Position numbers and translations under genes: made by a program
Notes under the pieces: model-generated
What the model was told of the DNA's origin: nothing
The model's database searches: none
What the model saw: only the letters and a program-made list of their open reading frames with translations
Origin: Octopus vulgaris
Lineage: Eukaryota
Length of the DNA stretch: 64,000 bases
Reading direction: 5' to 3'
NCBI GenBank assembly: GCA_951406725.2
Contig: OX597814.1
Location: 210,738,001 to 210,802,000 of the forward strand
Part shown: positions 40,982 to 55,254 of the stretch, piece by piece
How the letters are laid out: the number at the start of each line of letters is the position of its first letter
Numbering within the stretch: the first letter of the stretch is position 1

Positions 40982-41034
<53 letters not shown>

Positions 41035-41037
41035 ATA

Positions 41038-41082
<45 letters not shown>

Positions 41083-41589
41083 TTATATATAATAATAATA
41101 ATAATAATCATCATCATCACAAAGAAAAAACCCAAAGTAGATCTCCATAAGAGCCTTAAAATTGCCAAGAAAGAATTTTGACAAACATGTGTAGAATTTA
41201 TTCAAAAATTATTTCAGACTATGAAATAAAAGCTCTCCTTAAACACCGGGGGAAAAAACGAATATTTATTATTTATAATTAGACTTAAAATATTACATAT
41301 AATTCTTTTAGTCATGTATGTGAGAGAGTGGTTTGTTAGCTTTTTCTGTAAACATGTTAATTTTTATTAGAATTGGTATGACACATTCGCGTAACAAACT
41401 TGGAAAATATCTTCTATGGAAAAAATCTTGTGTCTTTTATATTCCAAATGTATATAGTAGGTGTAGGTTCTGCTTATTTTGTTTCCAATTCGGTTTTATT
41501 CTCCTATTAAATAGCGTGGAATTGACTATGTATGCCTTCCCCCAATATTTCTGGTACATGCTTACACTGATATGTATAGAGTATATATA

Positions 41590-41760
41590 GGCGCAGGAGT
41601 GGCTGTGAGGTAAGTAGCTTGCTAGCCAACTACACGGTACCGGGTTCTGTCCCACTGCGTGGCATCTTGGGTAAGTGTCTTCTGCTATAGCTTCGGGCCG
41701 ACCAATGCCTTGTGAGTGGATTTGGTAGACGGAAACTGAAAGAAGCCTGTCGTATATATG

Positions 41761-41823
<63 letters not shown>

Positions 41824-42030
41824 GTGTGTGTGTTTGTCCCCCTAGCATTGCTTGACAACCGATGCTGGTGTGTTTACGTCCCCGTCACTTAGCGGTTCGG
41901 CAAAAGAGACCGATAGAATAAGTACTGGGCTTACAAAGAATAAGTCCCGGAGTCGATTTGCTCGACTAAAGGCAATGCTCCAGCATGGCCGCAGTCAAAT
42001 GACTGAAACAAGTAAAAGAGAATAAAAGAG
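41590..42030 (+). mobile_element. SINE family A, full length (tRNA-like head, internal (TA)n(TG)n, AAAAGAG-repeat tail)
   Basis: GGCGCAGGAGTGGCTGTGAGGTAAG (A-box-like) and GGGTTCTGTCCC (B-box-like); about 10 copies or fragments in the window. Confidence 0.92.
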
Positions 42031-42161
42031 AAATATATATGTTGGGGTGTGTATGTATATTTGTATGTATTACTGTATATATTTCTACGTATGTATAAGT
42101 ATATATATGTATATGTATATATATCTATATATATATATATATATATCTATACCTATCTATC

Positions 42162-42192
<31 letters not shown>

Positions 42193-43559
42193 ATGCTCAC
42201 TCTACCACGAAGGTGAACATGAATCTGTGCAGGCTAGCGATCACTTAAGTCATGTTATATTTGGGGTCATCCTAAAAAATTACCCTCAATATCTGCACAA
42301 GCTTCCGGTTGTCACTATTACTAAATAACATTTCATATAGTACAGAATGTAGATCAACGTATCGCTTCCTAAAAGGAATGATTACATGTTGACAGACTGG
42401 GAACACAATTTTGTCTAACTGGGTTTCAGACAGACAACGACAGGAAGAACATGAACTGAATTAAATCTAAAATAAAGAAACGGCGTATCGGAATAATTTC
42501 GCGGCTTATTTTTTTTAATAAGTATGAAGTAAATTTTGATAACATATTGAACAGTCGATTTCAGAGATTCAATTAACTTTTGGCCGCAGGAAGCCAGGAA
42601 CGAGAATCATTACGTATATTTTATGTATTAGAAAATGATGATTATTTTATAAATGTTTCATGATAATTACTAACCTAATAAGAAATCTCTACATCTCCGG
42701 CAAAAATAGTTCATTAAATGATATATTATTTTTTATTTTCTTTTGAGAAATTAATTATTCTTGATATCTTTGCAGGCTATTGTTTAGGATAAGCACGAAT
42801 AATAATTTAACAAAATATAGTATATGAATGTGTGAATTTAATATCACATTCGTATGTCATGTACTCCTCCGAAGCTATATATAAAGAAATTAAGTGCTTA
42901 CATATATTTTCATATGCTTAGGAATAATTTAGTCACCCAGTTATATTCACATAAATGTCTCTAAAGCATGTTTCCTTTGACCTTAATTTATTAAAATTAA
43001 AAGTTTAATTAATATACATTTTTGTGTGTAGCGTCTCATTCTGTAAATTGTATTACCTTTTTAAAATTAATTTGAATTCCCAGGTGTTTTGACTAATATG
43101 AAAATAATCAAAAATCATTATATAATATTATACTAAAATAAAGTAGGTTTGCCAATATATTTTTGGCACTATTTACCTATACCCATATTTAGCCTTAGAA
43201 GTCCAGTGCTTCCTTTGAAAGTTTCAAGCATCTCTGTTTAAATTTCGGAGAGTAAAACATGCAGAGAAATATACATTAAACTTTCCATTCATATATGCAC
43301 ACGTTCCATTCATGGTTGATCAAAATTTTAATATATATTGTGCAAATCATCTCCCATCGAAGTTATGGTGGACTGAAGTCCCACCCATACTAATCCTAAT
43401 TGTTATCTTCGCATTTAAAGACGATGCATTGAAATACCAGGTAACTATCTTGGTTGTTGAGCATATAGAAATTTGTAAGATTTGTGTTGCAATCTATGGA
43501 ACATGGATGTTTCACCAACACACACACACAGACGCACGCCCACATGTGTACAGCTTGAG

Positions 43560-43607
<48 letters not shown>

Positions 43608-43733
43608 TTAGGTGTGTATGTGTGTTCGTGTCTGTGTTTTTGTGTGTGTGCGCGCGCGCGTCTGTTGGGGTGTACGCAATTATTCCATAATTCTTGCTCC
43701 TCAACATCAACTGTATTATTCTTTCAACCATTA

Positions 43734-44104
43734 CTAGCAGTATCGCCCGGCGTTGCTCCGGTTTGTAAGGGAAATAACTATATAAGCATTTTTAGAGATG
43801 TAAAGTATAATAGCCATCACAATATGGCTAACCACAAAGGGGGGGGGTGTTACTGTAGCTTTTTACGTTCTGAGATTTAATTTTTAGAGAGTTACTTCTC
43901 TTATATATGCCAAAAATGCATTAAAAATGGGAAAAATTGATGGTAAATATTTTTAAAAATCGTAGACTCATCGTAGACGCGCGCTAATACCCAGAAGGGC
44001 TCGATATGAATCACGACTATAAGATACCCGCAAAATGTGGGGGTAGTTAGGAATCTAAATCGTAGGAGACAGACAGCACACAACCTTACTTTTATATATA
44101 AAGA
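43734..44104 (-). mobile_element. Non-autonomous Helitron (371 bp)
   Basis: Minus strand begins a|TCTTTATATATAAAA and ends CCGGAGCAACGCCGGGCGATACTG-CTAG|t: 5'-TC, subterminal GC hairpin, 3'-CTAG, AT target, no TSD. Confidence 0.85.
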
Positions 44105-45485
44105 TATCTGATCTGAAAATGGTATTTTATTTGGGTCTCTGAAGTGAAATCTCCCACGAGTATTTTAAGTATCTTATTTTTTCCGGTGTCCCTCTCTCAT
44201 CGACCATTTCCGATCACTCTCGAAATGAAATGCTCGAGTGGTTTAAATGGAAGATGTTTCACTTTTGTTAGCTTTTGGTATCTGGTCAGCGCAGTTTTGT
44301 CTTCCATTTATAAAGGCTTGATTTTATCAAATTACTACTCCCAGAAACTTGTCTTTGTTGCAGGTCACTACTCCCTTCTTATGCTTTTGTTTCGCTTATT
44401 ACAGCAGTGTCTAGCAGATACAAATATAGGCTAGACCGTAATCTTTGTAACTTATAGTGTAGAAGAATTCCATATAGTTTCCGCTCATTTTATTTACTGA
44501 GAACATTCTATTGACTAATATGTAATGTTTCGAATACCGAGATGCGTAAATTTTCCGATTTTATTAAACTAAGAACTATATTATTCCTACGATATTCTAG
44601 CCACTCCATAAGTAGAAGAAAAAGTTAGCACTGTTCGCCTTGAAATAGTAGCTAAGTAATAACATAATGAATGCCGTATATCATATTATTTCACTGAGGT
44701 AAGCGTATCACTATGGAATTCCATTTAAATCAAAAACAGTTAATTTAACAGCTTTTTCCTATTCAGTTACTTCTAAATACACAAGTCATTGACATTTGAA
44801 CAACTGACACTTAAACTATAGAATAGTTAACTAGACATCGTAAACTAATTTATTATGTCTTTCTAATAAGTTATCATTCGATTGTTTGTTTGTCAGTAAT
44901 AGCTACCTGATATCATTATTCTGAATTACCTGTTGTAATGATAATTGGACACAAGAACTTATTTAGTTTTCATGGAGATATTTAGCGTCACGCAAATCTC
45001 TCCCTGAGGATGTTCAAAATTGGCTTACAGTTTGATGTTAAATAGAGAGAATGCAATCCGAAATTAATCTCTGAACTTGATAGGTGAGGGAAATGACTTT
45101 TCACTTATTTCTAATGTAAAGAGATTCCCATTTACCAAGTGGAATATCCCGAGAGCAAAATACATTTTAAAGAGATAATTTACGAAACAAATACAGGAAG
45201 ATTTAAACCTCACAGGTTGTCTTTGTATAGCGTGAAATCATTTTTGAGTGAGTAAATATAAATTGTGTTTACAGAATGAATAAGGTGTTGTATCCAGTGT
45301 TTAAGAAATAAAAAGAGTATTATAGTTATTAATTTTTCTTTGTTAACATACCAGTGGGTGGTAATCAGTCATCACCACCATCGTCTTAAACAATTTACTT
45401 CACTATTACATCATATCAACAAAATCCTGTTACGGGAACGTAAACACACCAAACTTTGTATGAAGCGATGGTGTGAGAAGAAAGA

Positions 45486-45752
<267 letters not shown>

Positions 45753-47368
45753 GCATATCGAGAGCGATGGTAGTTTTGTTTGTCTATGCACTAGACATTT
45801 CAGAAGGTTTGCATTATTTCTGTCCAAACAACGATTGTGTGTAAACGCTGTGGTGGTTTTCACGTTCCCAGAGTTATACGGTTTTCATTTGTGGCAAAAC
45901 GTATTTTAGGATCCTGTTATAAATTAGTTACGACTATCTTAATTTTGTCACCATATTGGCTTAATTGCCCCGTATTTATTTTTGGTGATGATTTTATCTC
46001 TTTGTATTTTTATGTAATGTATATTTCTATTTAAAATACATTTCTTTTTCCTTTTGGATGTTTTGCACCATAGGATAATCAATCTTCTCGATGTTGAACC
46101 ACGCAAAGTTTTACAAATTTGTGAAAATATATGTAACAATAATGCCAACGTTGTTTTCATGAGATTACTAGCCTTTCACAGTATCCAAAGATTCTTTACT
46201 TTTAGATTCCTGTTCAACATATCTACAATATTTTAGGCTTAATGTAAATTATTGGAATGCGAAAAGTGATAGTGATAGGCACATAAGATCACTAACCATT
46301 AAAAATGTCCAACCGCAGCCTAGACTCCGCAACCCGAAGTGTGTTATTTATTATAATGTAAAAACAAAATCCATGTGAGCAGTTATCTTTTGACAACGTG
46401 GAATAAAAACGATGGGTGTTTGTTGCAAAAGAGTATTTAAAGTAGGAATTTTAACATTTTGTGATACATTAAATTATACGAGAGAGAAGAAAATATGAAA
46501 AGCTAACACGTGTTGGTAAAATATATTATTATCTTAATGTTGCAGCGTTTGAAAGCGTTTCCAGTGCTCTTTAGATAAATGCTTAGAAAGTCATAAATAT
46601 ATAAATTTACCAACATATGTGGAAACAAATATTTTTTTTTTTAGTAGGGACACGTCTATGAAAATGAGAAAAAGAGGAAAGAAAACTGTATCAACAATGG
46701 AAATTTATGTTTTATTGGACAATTTCGCAGTACATGGCAGATTATGAGATTTGCTTTCTGGAATTGTTTTAGAGATTGTGGGTAAAACGTAATCCTAAAA
46801 GTATTTCGCGTAAGAATAAATGTGGCATGGCAATGATTTAAGCTTGTATTTCTAGATTAAACACCCAGCTGATATTGCCTATTTTCTTTTTCCGTGAATC
46901 CTCTAATGCGCCCAAATTAAAACAATTGAAAGAACATTGATCAACGATTAAAACTTTAATCTTAAAGCTTAATCAAACTAGTGATTAGCGCAAACTGTTA
47001 TAGAAAACCCTACAGTAACAATCAAATGTGACGTATTTTAGTATTTCATATTTTCTGATGCGAATACGCTCATAGCAACTTCTGCATTTATGCATAAACA
47101 TACATCTATACATACACGACTGCATCAACATATATATGTGTATTGACGTATGTTCGTATCAGTGTGCTTCTATATACACAACAGGCCTTCTTACATACCA
47201 TACATACACCTGCGCGTATATGCATACACACACGCACACATACCCCGGCTGAGACATTATGTATATATTCATGCTTTGAATTATATAACATACACATGGA
47301 CATTATATATATTTCTTTTATTTCTTTACACGTTTCAGTCATGAATCTTCGGTCATGATGGATCAGCG

Positions 47369-47472
<104 letters not shown>

Positions 47473-47489
47473 TTATATATATATATATA

Positions 47490-47541
<52 letters not shown>

Positions 47542-47543
<2 letters not shown>

Positions 47544-48452
47544 AAATGAGGGCAAAGGAAAATAAATTCTAATGCCAAATATGCCGAAAAATTGGACATA
47601 TTGCCCATTAACCATATAATTTTTTCACAGTACGCACGCTATTCGAAAAAAGGGCGACATAAATTTCTAAAAAATTCCATTATTACCATATCGGACCGAT
47701 TTCAGAGTTAGCTACTAAGAGCCCTCTCTTCGTCAGTGATACATGTGGCAGAAGAAATAAATGAGATACTTACTCATACCCAAGGAAGAAGCAAATACTA
47801 AGTCACGGGCACAACTAAGTACCCCAAGTACATCCAAAATAGAAATACTCCAGCCCATTCGAGGCACGTGCGATTTGAATTGAGGCTCTCCCAGAGTGAG
47901 TTAGTTCGGAAATGAACACTTAAATTTATATCAAATGTGAGGATAAAATTATTTTCGAAAAAAAATATTCTTTCAAAAAAATATTATCAATGGCCAGCAT
48001 ATTAAAAAATACCTTTAACGGTTAAATTTATGAACAATTCATAAATGAGGGCAAAGGAAAAGATTTCTAATGCCAAATATGCCGAAAAATTGGACATAAT
48101 GTCCATTAACCATATAACTTTTTCACAATACCCACGCTACTCGAAAAAAGGTCGACAGAAATTTCTAAAAAATTCCATTATTACCATATCGGACCGATTT
48201 CAGAGTTAGCTACTAAGAGCCCTCTCTTCGTCAGTGATACATGTGGCAAAAGAAATAAATGAGTGTGTACTGTGAAAAAACATAAAATTAAGCTTTCACT
48301 TCCGAACTAACTCACTCTGTGAGAGCCTCAATTCAAATCGCACGTGCCTCGAATGGGCTGGAGTATTTCTATTTTGGATGTACTTGGGGTACTTAGTTGT
48401 GCCCGTGACTTAGTACTTGCTTCTTCTATGGGTATGAGTAAGTATCTCATTT
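47542..48452 (-). mobile_element. Composite PLE-terminus-like element: 224-bp direct repeats plus 158-bp inverted repeats, with two HHRs
   Basis: A = 47542-47765 and 48041-48263 (direct); B = 47759-47916 and 48295-48452 (inverted); flanked by (TA)n on both sides. Confidence 0.8.
47688..47742 (-). ncRNA. Type I hammerhead-like motif (identical copy at 48186-48240)
   Basis: gtatca-CTGACGA-agag(agggctcttagtagctaa)ctct-GAAA-tcgg-TC-cgatat. Confidence 0.65.
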
Positions 48453-48462
48453 CTCACATTTG

Positions 48463-48528
<66 letters not shown>

Positions 48529-49202
48529 AAATGTGTGAGATAATTAGTACAGTTAGGTATATATGAAAAAAGCAAAACGAATGACTTAACTGGCAGTTTT
48601 TGGGGGGCCTGCAGTGTCCCATATTATTGACTCTGTTATTATCACTTTTAAATTGTTACACTAAATATTAACAGTCAATGGCATCTTCGCAATTTATTTT
48701 TTTTCTCGTGAATTATTTGCTCCGTATAAAGATATATATATATATGTATATGTGTGTACATACAGGAATGCATACCTACAAGCATACTTACGCTTGTATA
48801 TCTTTAGCAATGCCATGTACGTATGAGAATAAAATATAAGGGGGAATTTCTTAGTGATAGAATGAATATTCAGTTTCGAATGATTATATCATCTGTAAGA
48901 TTTGCTGCCTAATTTTCGCCTTTTTGTGGGTGTGGGTGTGTATGTAAATGTGATATCGAAAATCATACCTATCTAAAGCTGCAAATCTTAAATCTTGTGG
49001 ATTTAAAAAAATTGGCCTATCATATACATACATGCATACATACATGCATACATACATAAATACATACATACATACATACATACATACATACATACATACA
49101 TACATACATACATACATACATACATACATACATACATGTATACGTACATACACATTTAACGATACACTAACGCTGCTCAAAAATATCACGAACTCCAGAA
49201 AT

Positions 49203-49390
49203 GCGGTAACCTGGCAGAAGCGTTAAAGCATGAGACACAATGCTTTATCATTTTACGTATGTACCATATGCTAATGAAGTTGATGCATTTCATACTTCCG
49301 CTTCCTACGAGTACCAACAAATAGTGAAATGACTTGGATTAGCTACACAATTTTTTCGAAATTAATGCTTTTGTGTCAAACAAAGGAACC
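49203..49390 (+). mobile_element. Very old SINE family B-like copy
   Basis: gcggtaacctggcagaagcgttaaagcatgagacacaatgctt head. Confidence 0.4.
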
Positions 49391-51351
49391 AGTACTCGGT
49401 ATCTCAGTAATAGCTAGTGTTGCATAATTGATATACCTTTCTGGGGATGGTTTCTTTAAACTGTTTTGTTTTTACATTCCTTTATGTCGTTCATGACATC
49501 AATGAACACCGGGGACGCTCATCTTTTCAACGATGTCAAATTATGTGGTCACTACAATGTAATTAGGTTTCAGATGTTGAATAATCTTTTTTGTGTTTTA
49601 CAGTTTGAAACAAAGAAAATTTTAATAGAATTCACACATTAACGAATTCAATATAGCAATTAGCGTCGGAAGCTATTTTGTTGAATATTGTCTGATGTGT
49701 AACGATTTTCTATTTAGTTGATTAGCTTAAAATTTTGAGAGCTGGGTGTGGAACTCAGCAAACGAATTAGTAAACAAATATTCGATTATATCCAAATGTT
49801 AGTTTTAAGTGAGACCTTGTTTATTTGGTAAATTTGATCAAGAAACATTTTCAAATTTAAAACTGATTAGTAAATATATAGATGTTACACGTATATAGAT
49901 GCAACGTATGGTAATAAAGGATACAAGTGAAAGCAATACAAAGAGGCAGAGATGTAGCACAGTGGAAAAAAAATACTGAGCCTAACAAAAGAACCGCACA
50001 TATAAATGGTGTCAGATAGTGCGCTTATATGAAAGTAAGCAAACTGAAAAAAAAAGAATCAAAAAACAATTTCCATTATTACTTCATTTAATCTTTAAAT
50101 ATGTATCTTCATGCTTCCGTGATTATCATTAAATTTAATACATCGGTGTTTAGCTGTTATAAGCTGAAGAAAATTAAGTTTTGTTAGTGAAATTATAAAC
50201 ATCGTACAAATCGTTGAGAGACCAGATACGCATGAACATATTTGCAATAAGTTTATCTTCATATTTACGACATATTGTCGAACGTGATGTCAAAAGAAAT
50301 ATGCGGCGCTATTTGCTAGAATCAAATTATGAGCGTTGAAAATTATTAGCGCGGAATGTCAAATGCTATTACGTTTTCATGTACCTCTTTATGCAGTGGC
50401 TATTTTGGGTGAAGTGCGAAATTAGTCATATATTTATAGTATACCTCAATTCAGGAAGGTGTATTTCAATTAATATTTAGAAACATTATTGGAACCTATC
50501 ATTTTTATCCATCTCAAAATATTATTCCCTTAGTGTATTTATGCACGTGTTACGCATTAAAATGGAAATGTTCAGATGTTGCTCAATATTATGATGTTTT
50601 TTCTTGCATAGACAGTTACTCTGAATATTTTGTTGTTCTTAATAGGAAGAGTTAGTTCACGTTTCTCAATAATTTAATTTCTATTCCATAAGGAGACTAA
50701 TAAATTAGTAACTTCGAAGAATTAATAATGTTATTTCCATCAAAAGTTATGCAGTCTTCAAAATTCTATACGAAACAAATTTGTATAATATCTGTGGTAA
50801 ACTTCTTCTGACACGAAATAGAGAAATTTATCTAGAATATGATACAGACTTAAGATAAACTAACGAATGACGTTTATACCATCGAACAATAGGAACGATA
50901 GGTATAATTACTTATAAAAATTTAACATATGCCATCCCAGTCAAAATATTTCACTACTACACTCTCATTTATCTCTATCTGGGGTACTTTGTGTTTGAAT
51001 TTGAATCCTATTGATATATCTTGTCTGAGACAATCCAGATGCTAGAGAAATAATCAAATTATATTTTCGTTTCATATAGTTCACAATCTTTCCTTGCTAA
51101 AATGAAACTTTTGACTATTTAATCTCATTCTGATATCTCGGGTTACATATTATAGTCTCTTTGCGTTAGCTTTTATCAATGGTATAGCCAAGTGCTCTAA
51201 TTAAGTGACTGATTTATTTTCTCCCAGAATGAATAATACGCGCATGCATACACGTTGACACAATATATATATATATATTTATATATATATATATATATAC
51301 GTATATACATATACAAGTGTGTTTTTGTGTTTATGTATGTGTGTATTTATT

Positions 51352-51385
<34 letters not shown>

Positions 51386-52247
51386 TATATGTTTCTGTGC
51401 CAGTGTGTGTGAGTTAAAATATGTGTATATATGCATACATACATACATACATACAAACACCCCTCCCATATATATATATATAATTTCTGATTTTTGTTTT
51501 TTCTACTGTAACCTCTAGCGTAAGTGCAGTATACACTACACTAGTATAAGTAGGTCTAGTGTAATTTTTTATTTCTGTTTTAACGTTATATGAGGAGTTT
51601 TCATATTACCATTTTCTAAGTTTTGAAATAGCTCTTAGTAGTATTTTGCTCAAATATTCAATACCATAACTAATGAAAATCGGTTCTAAATATAATAATG
51701 TTTCATTCCTACAAATAGTTTTCTACTTCATTTCAGGTGGGATAAAAATACAACGTTTTGGGTCATAAATTTAAGGATGTCGAACAGTAAGTGGATAAAA
51801 GTTCGTGATATCTTTCAATCATACATACATACACACATATTTATGTATGTATATATATACAATTTGCAAAACAAAAAAAAAAACTGTTGAAATCTCCCCA
51901 TATCGGACACTTGCTGGTTTATGGGTTCATAAGGAGGAAATAAAAGCCGTTTTGATATTCCAATTGACAACATTATTGCGTACCCAATACCTGAGACTTG
52001 GCTTTGGTTGGCAGATCAGCTGATTACTAGACAACACTCAATATTCATTTAGCCATCCCTCAAATTCTCTTCATAACTAAACCCACTATAATCTGGATAT
52101 CACTCATGAGAGTAATTGGTTTACGATGAGTTAGACCTCATAGGGCCAACAATCATCGCCTCACACTGTTTCCAATATATATACATACATAAAAACACAC
52201 ATATACATACATACAAACATGCATACATAATTACATACATATATATA

Positions 52248-52820
52248 TAATGAGGCTTTTACATGCCGAAGACTACTTGGTGTAATTGATAATTGTTCCA
52301 AATTAATTAATTTCACCCTTCATTGTTACTCATAACCATATTCATCCCAGTAAATGACCACAGCACTTTGCCTTGGCTACACGCGGGTGGGAAGGGACTG
52401 GTGACACAAGCTTTCATTCATACTTTGAATTTGGTGATACTAGCTGTGGCTTCTAGCTCGCTCTGATACTGAGTTGAGTTGGTGCCTTCTAGTATCTCAA
52501 CATTCAATATTCAATCATTCATGATTGTTTGTATCCTGCGCTGATGAAAGAAGAAGTCTGGGTAAGGTAGAGTTATCTAATTCTTATGCTTTCCTAAGAC
52601 TTGATCTCGAAACGTACGTCCGTAGGTGACTTAAAACTGTATGATAGATTGCCGTTAATTCATTCTCTTTTACCTGTTTGTGTTTGCCTTTCAAATGCTG
52701 TGCCTTTACTGTGATCTCCCTTTTAGTAGAAAAAATAGCTATAATCTCTTTGACTGCTATTTCTAAATTCGGTGTGTGGTAAGGCAATTCGTTGCTAAAC
52801 CCTTAATTGCTTAGTATTAC
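52248..52820 (+). mobile_element. ~570-bp non-coding HHR-bearing element (retrozyme/PLE-terminus-like)
   Basis: Bounded by (TA)n; central HHR; both ends homologous to 55251-55445. Confidence 0.7.
52535..52626 (+). ncRNA. Type I hammerhead ribozyme with canonical core and extended helix II
   Basis: cctgcg-CTGATGA-a..aagtct...agactt..tctc-GAAA-cgtacg-TC-cgtagg: 6-bp helix I, GUC cleavage triplet, palindromic CGTACG. Confidence 0.75.
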
Positions 52821-52824
52821 TTAT

Positions 52825-52880
<56 letters not shown>

Positions 52881-52884
<4 letters not shown>

Positions 52885-53090
52885 TCTCTTACTCTTTTAC
52901 TTGTTTCAGTCATTTGACTGCGGCCATGCTGGAGCACCGCCTTTAGTCGAGCAAATCGACCCCGGGACTTACTCTTTGTAAGCCCAGTACTTATTTTATC
53001 GGTCTTTTGCCGAACCGCTAAGTGACAGGGACGTAAACACACCAGCATCGGTTGTCAAGCAATCCTAGGCGGACAAACACAGAAACACAA

Positions 53091-53125
<35 letters not shown>

Positions 53126-53293
53126 CACATATATACGACAGGCGTCTTTCAGTTTCCGTCTACCAAATCGACTCACAAGGCATTCGTCGGCCCGGGGCTA
53201 TAGCAGAAGACACTTGCCCAAGATGCCACGCAGTGGAACTGAACCCGGAACCATGTGGTTGGTTAGCAAGCTACTTACCACACAGCCACTCCT
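52881..53293 (-). mobile_element. SINE family A, nearly full length
   Basis: Near-identical reverse complement of 41590-42030. Confidence 0.92.
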
Positions 53294-53345
53294 ATATATA
53301 TTTATATATATATATTATTTAAAAGCAGCAGAAATATAACAAAAG

Positions 53346-53383
53346 CTGTAACTCGGAGTTTCATGTTCCCGTTCATCGAACAG
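53346..53383 (-). ncRNA. Degenerate hammerhead-like motif in a short TA-flanked element (~53315-53400)
   Basis: ctgt-TCGATGA-acgggaacat-GAAA-ctc(c)gag-TT-acag. Its tail gctgcttttaaataa recurs at ~61921-61935. Confidence 0.45.
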
Positions 53384-53421
53384 TTTTTTTATATACTTAC
53401 TCCGGTATACATATACATATA

Positions 53422-53493
<72 letters not shown>

Positions 53494-53509
53494 GAGGGTG
53501 CATGTTTCA

Positions 53510-53640
53510 ATAGCTAGAGCGTCAGGCTCACAATTATAAGGTAAGGAGTACGATTCCCGGACCGGTCTCTGTGTTCTGTTCCCGAGCAAGATAGTTTATT
53601 TCAGGTTGCTCCCGTTCTCACGCTTGTAGAAATGAGTTGC
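53510..53640 (+). mobile_element. SINE family C, 5' part
   Basis: tRNA-like agagcgtcaggctcacaat...gagtacgattccc followed by the domain shared with 14143-14200. Confidence 0.5.
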
Positions 53641-54047
53641 TTTGGAATGCGGAGGTTGTTATGCATTGGTAACTGCTGTTTTCATTAACAGACGTGTACC
53701 TCGGAGGGCAAATTTCTAAGTGTATCCCATGTTAATTCCTGGGATATTTACCCTTATCTGGATACGTCTGGGAACGTTTCAGTCATCTGCACTATACACC
53801 GGGCGAAATAAATGAAAATATCTATATATAACCCCATGAATTGATCAATATCATTAAAACTATTATATTGCCAATCTTCAGGTCTAGCGTATATTTTTTA
53901 CTAAGATTTCTTTTTCCTAACGTTATTCCATATTTCAGTTCATTATTTACTAAAGTAAAATTATTCCCACAATTTCTAGTTATATAATTTTAGTTTGTCA
54001 TGTTTTTTATATAGGATGTAAATAGCAAAATAAATTCATATTAGCTA

Positions 54048-54150
54048 GACCTGAAGATTGGCAATATAATCGTTTAAATATGGTATTGTATTTGGTTACA
54101 TTCTATTTCAGCAATATCGAGGAATATGTTGTCATGAAACGCACGTAGTC
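54048..54150 (+). ncRNA. Type I hammerhead-like motif with long helix II loop
   Basis: gac-CTGAAGA-t-tggcaatat...atgttgtca-t-GAAA-cgcacg-TA-gtc. Its 5' 27 nt (54044-54070) are perfectly inverted at 53862-53888. Confidence 0.6.
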
Positions 54151-54445
54151 CTTATAATGTAAAGTATATGATTTAAAATAAGAACTGAAGTTATTAATGT
54201 TGAGGTTTTGGAATAAGAATTGTAGGTATTAATTTTGATAATTTTAATATTTAGTCCCATATGTACCTATTGTGGATAATGTCATTAAATGATCATTGAT
54301 TCGCTTGAGGGTGATTCTGTCCCTTTAACCTATCTATCTCTCTCTATATATATGTATATAATACAGCGAGTAATTAATTTTATTATCACTAAATTGAACT
54401 CTCCCCTGTGGCGTCGGAAATAACTTCCCTAATATTGATATTAAT

Positions 54446-54517
<72 letters not shown>

Positions 54518-55190
54518 AGTGTGTCTGTGTGTATATAAACAAACTTATCCATATGTACGTATATGCGTATGTATGTGTGACTCTATGTACATTGTGCATG
54601 TGATTTGAGAATATTCGTTTCAGAAATTCCGTCGCACACTGATTTCCGGTTTGTCGTTTACGCCCTTAATTCAAAAACCAGTAATATTAACTATCTATTT
54701 TATTCGTCGGCATTCGACTAGTTGACGTAGCATTTAAGTTCTCTCATGAATATAAACGACACATATCTTCATGCATATAGTTAAGCTTTGTTGACAAAAG
54801 TATTTGTGCGTGTAAATATGTGCGTAGGCGTGCTTTATGTACGTACATGGATGTTCACACGTGGCTGTGCATGTCTGGGTGTTTTTCACGAATACAACAT
54901 ATATTTCATAAGTTCATATAATCACGATTCATGACTGAATTACTATTAGACGCGCACAGCTGATATCGTAAGAGATAGATGACAATGAATCTACTATATG
55001 TATCGGTTAATAAATGTAATATTTCTTTAAGCGAATAGATTAATTAATTTTTGCTTCACTGATGTTAGAATGATTAGCTCAGAAATACAAGATTTTATTG
55101 CATTCGCTTTTCTGAAATAGCGTTGAATGCATATCACTCTTCCATGCAAAGGTGACACACGTACATTCCTACACGCATGAACACACATGC

Positions 55191-55250
<60 letters not shown>

Positions 55251-55254
<4 letters not shown>

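Noticed and set aside
41590-41660. tRNA gene
   Set aside because: It is a tRNA-derived SINE head continuing into a repeated body, with no complete cloverleaf.
51737-51787. Short plus-strand exon-like segment (tttcag...gtaagt; WDKNTTFWVINLRMSN)
   Set aside because: Such splice-like pairs occur by chance in AT-rich DNA; no homology recognised.
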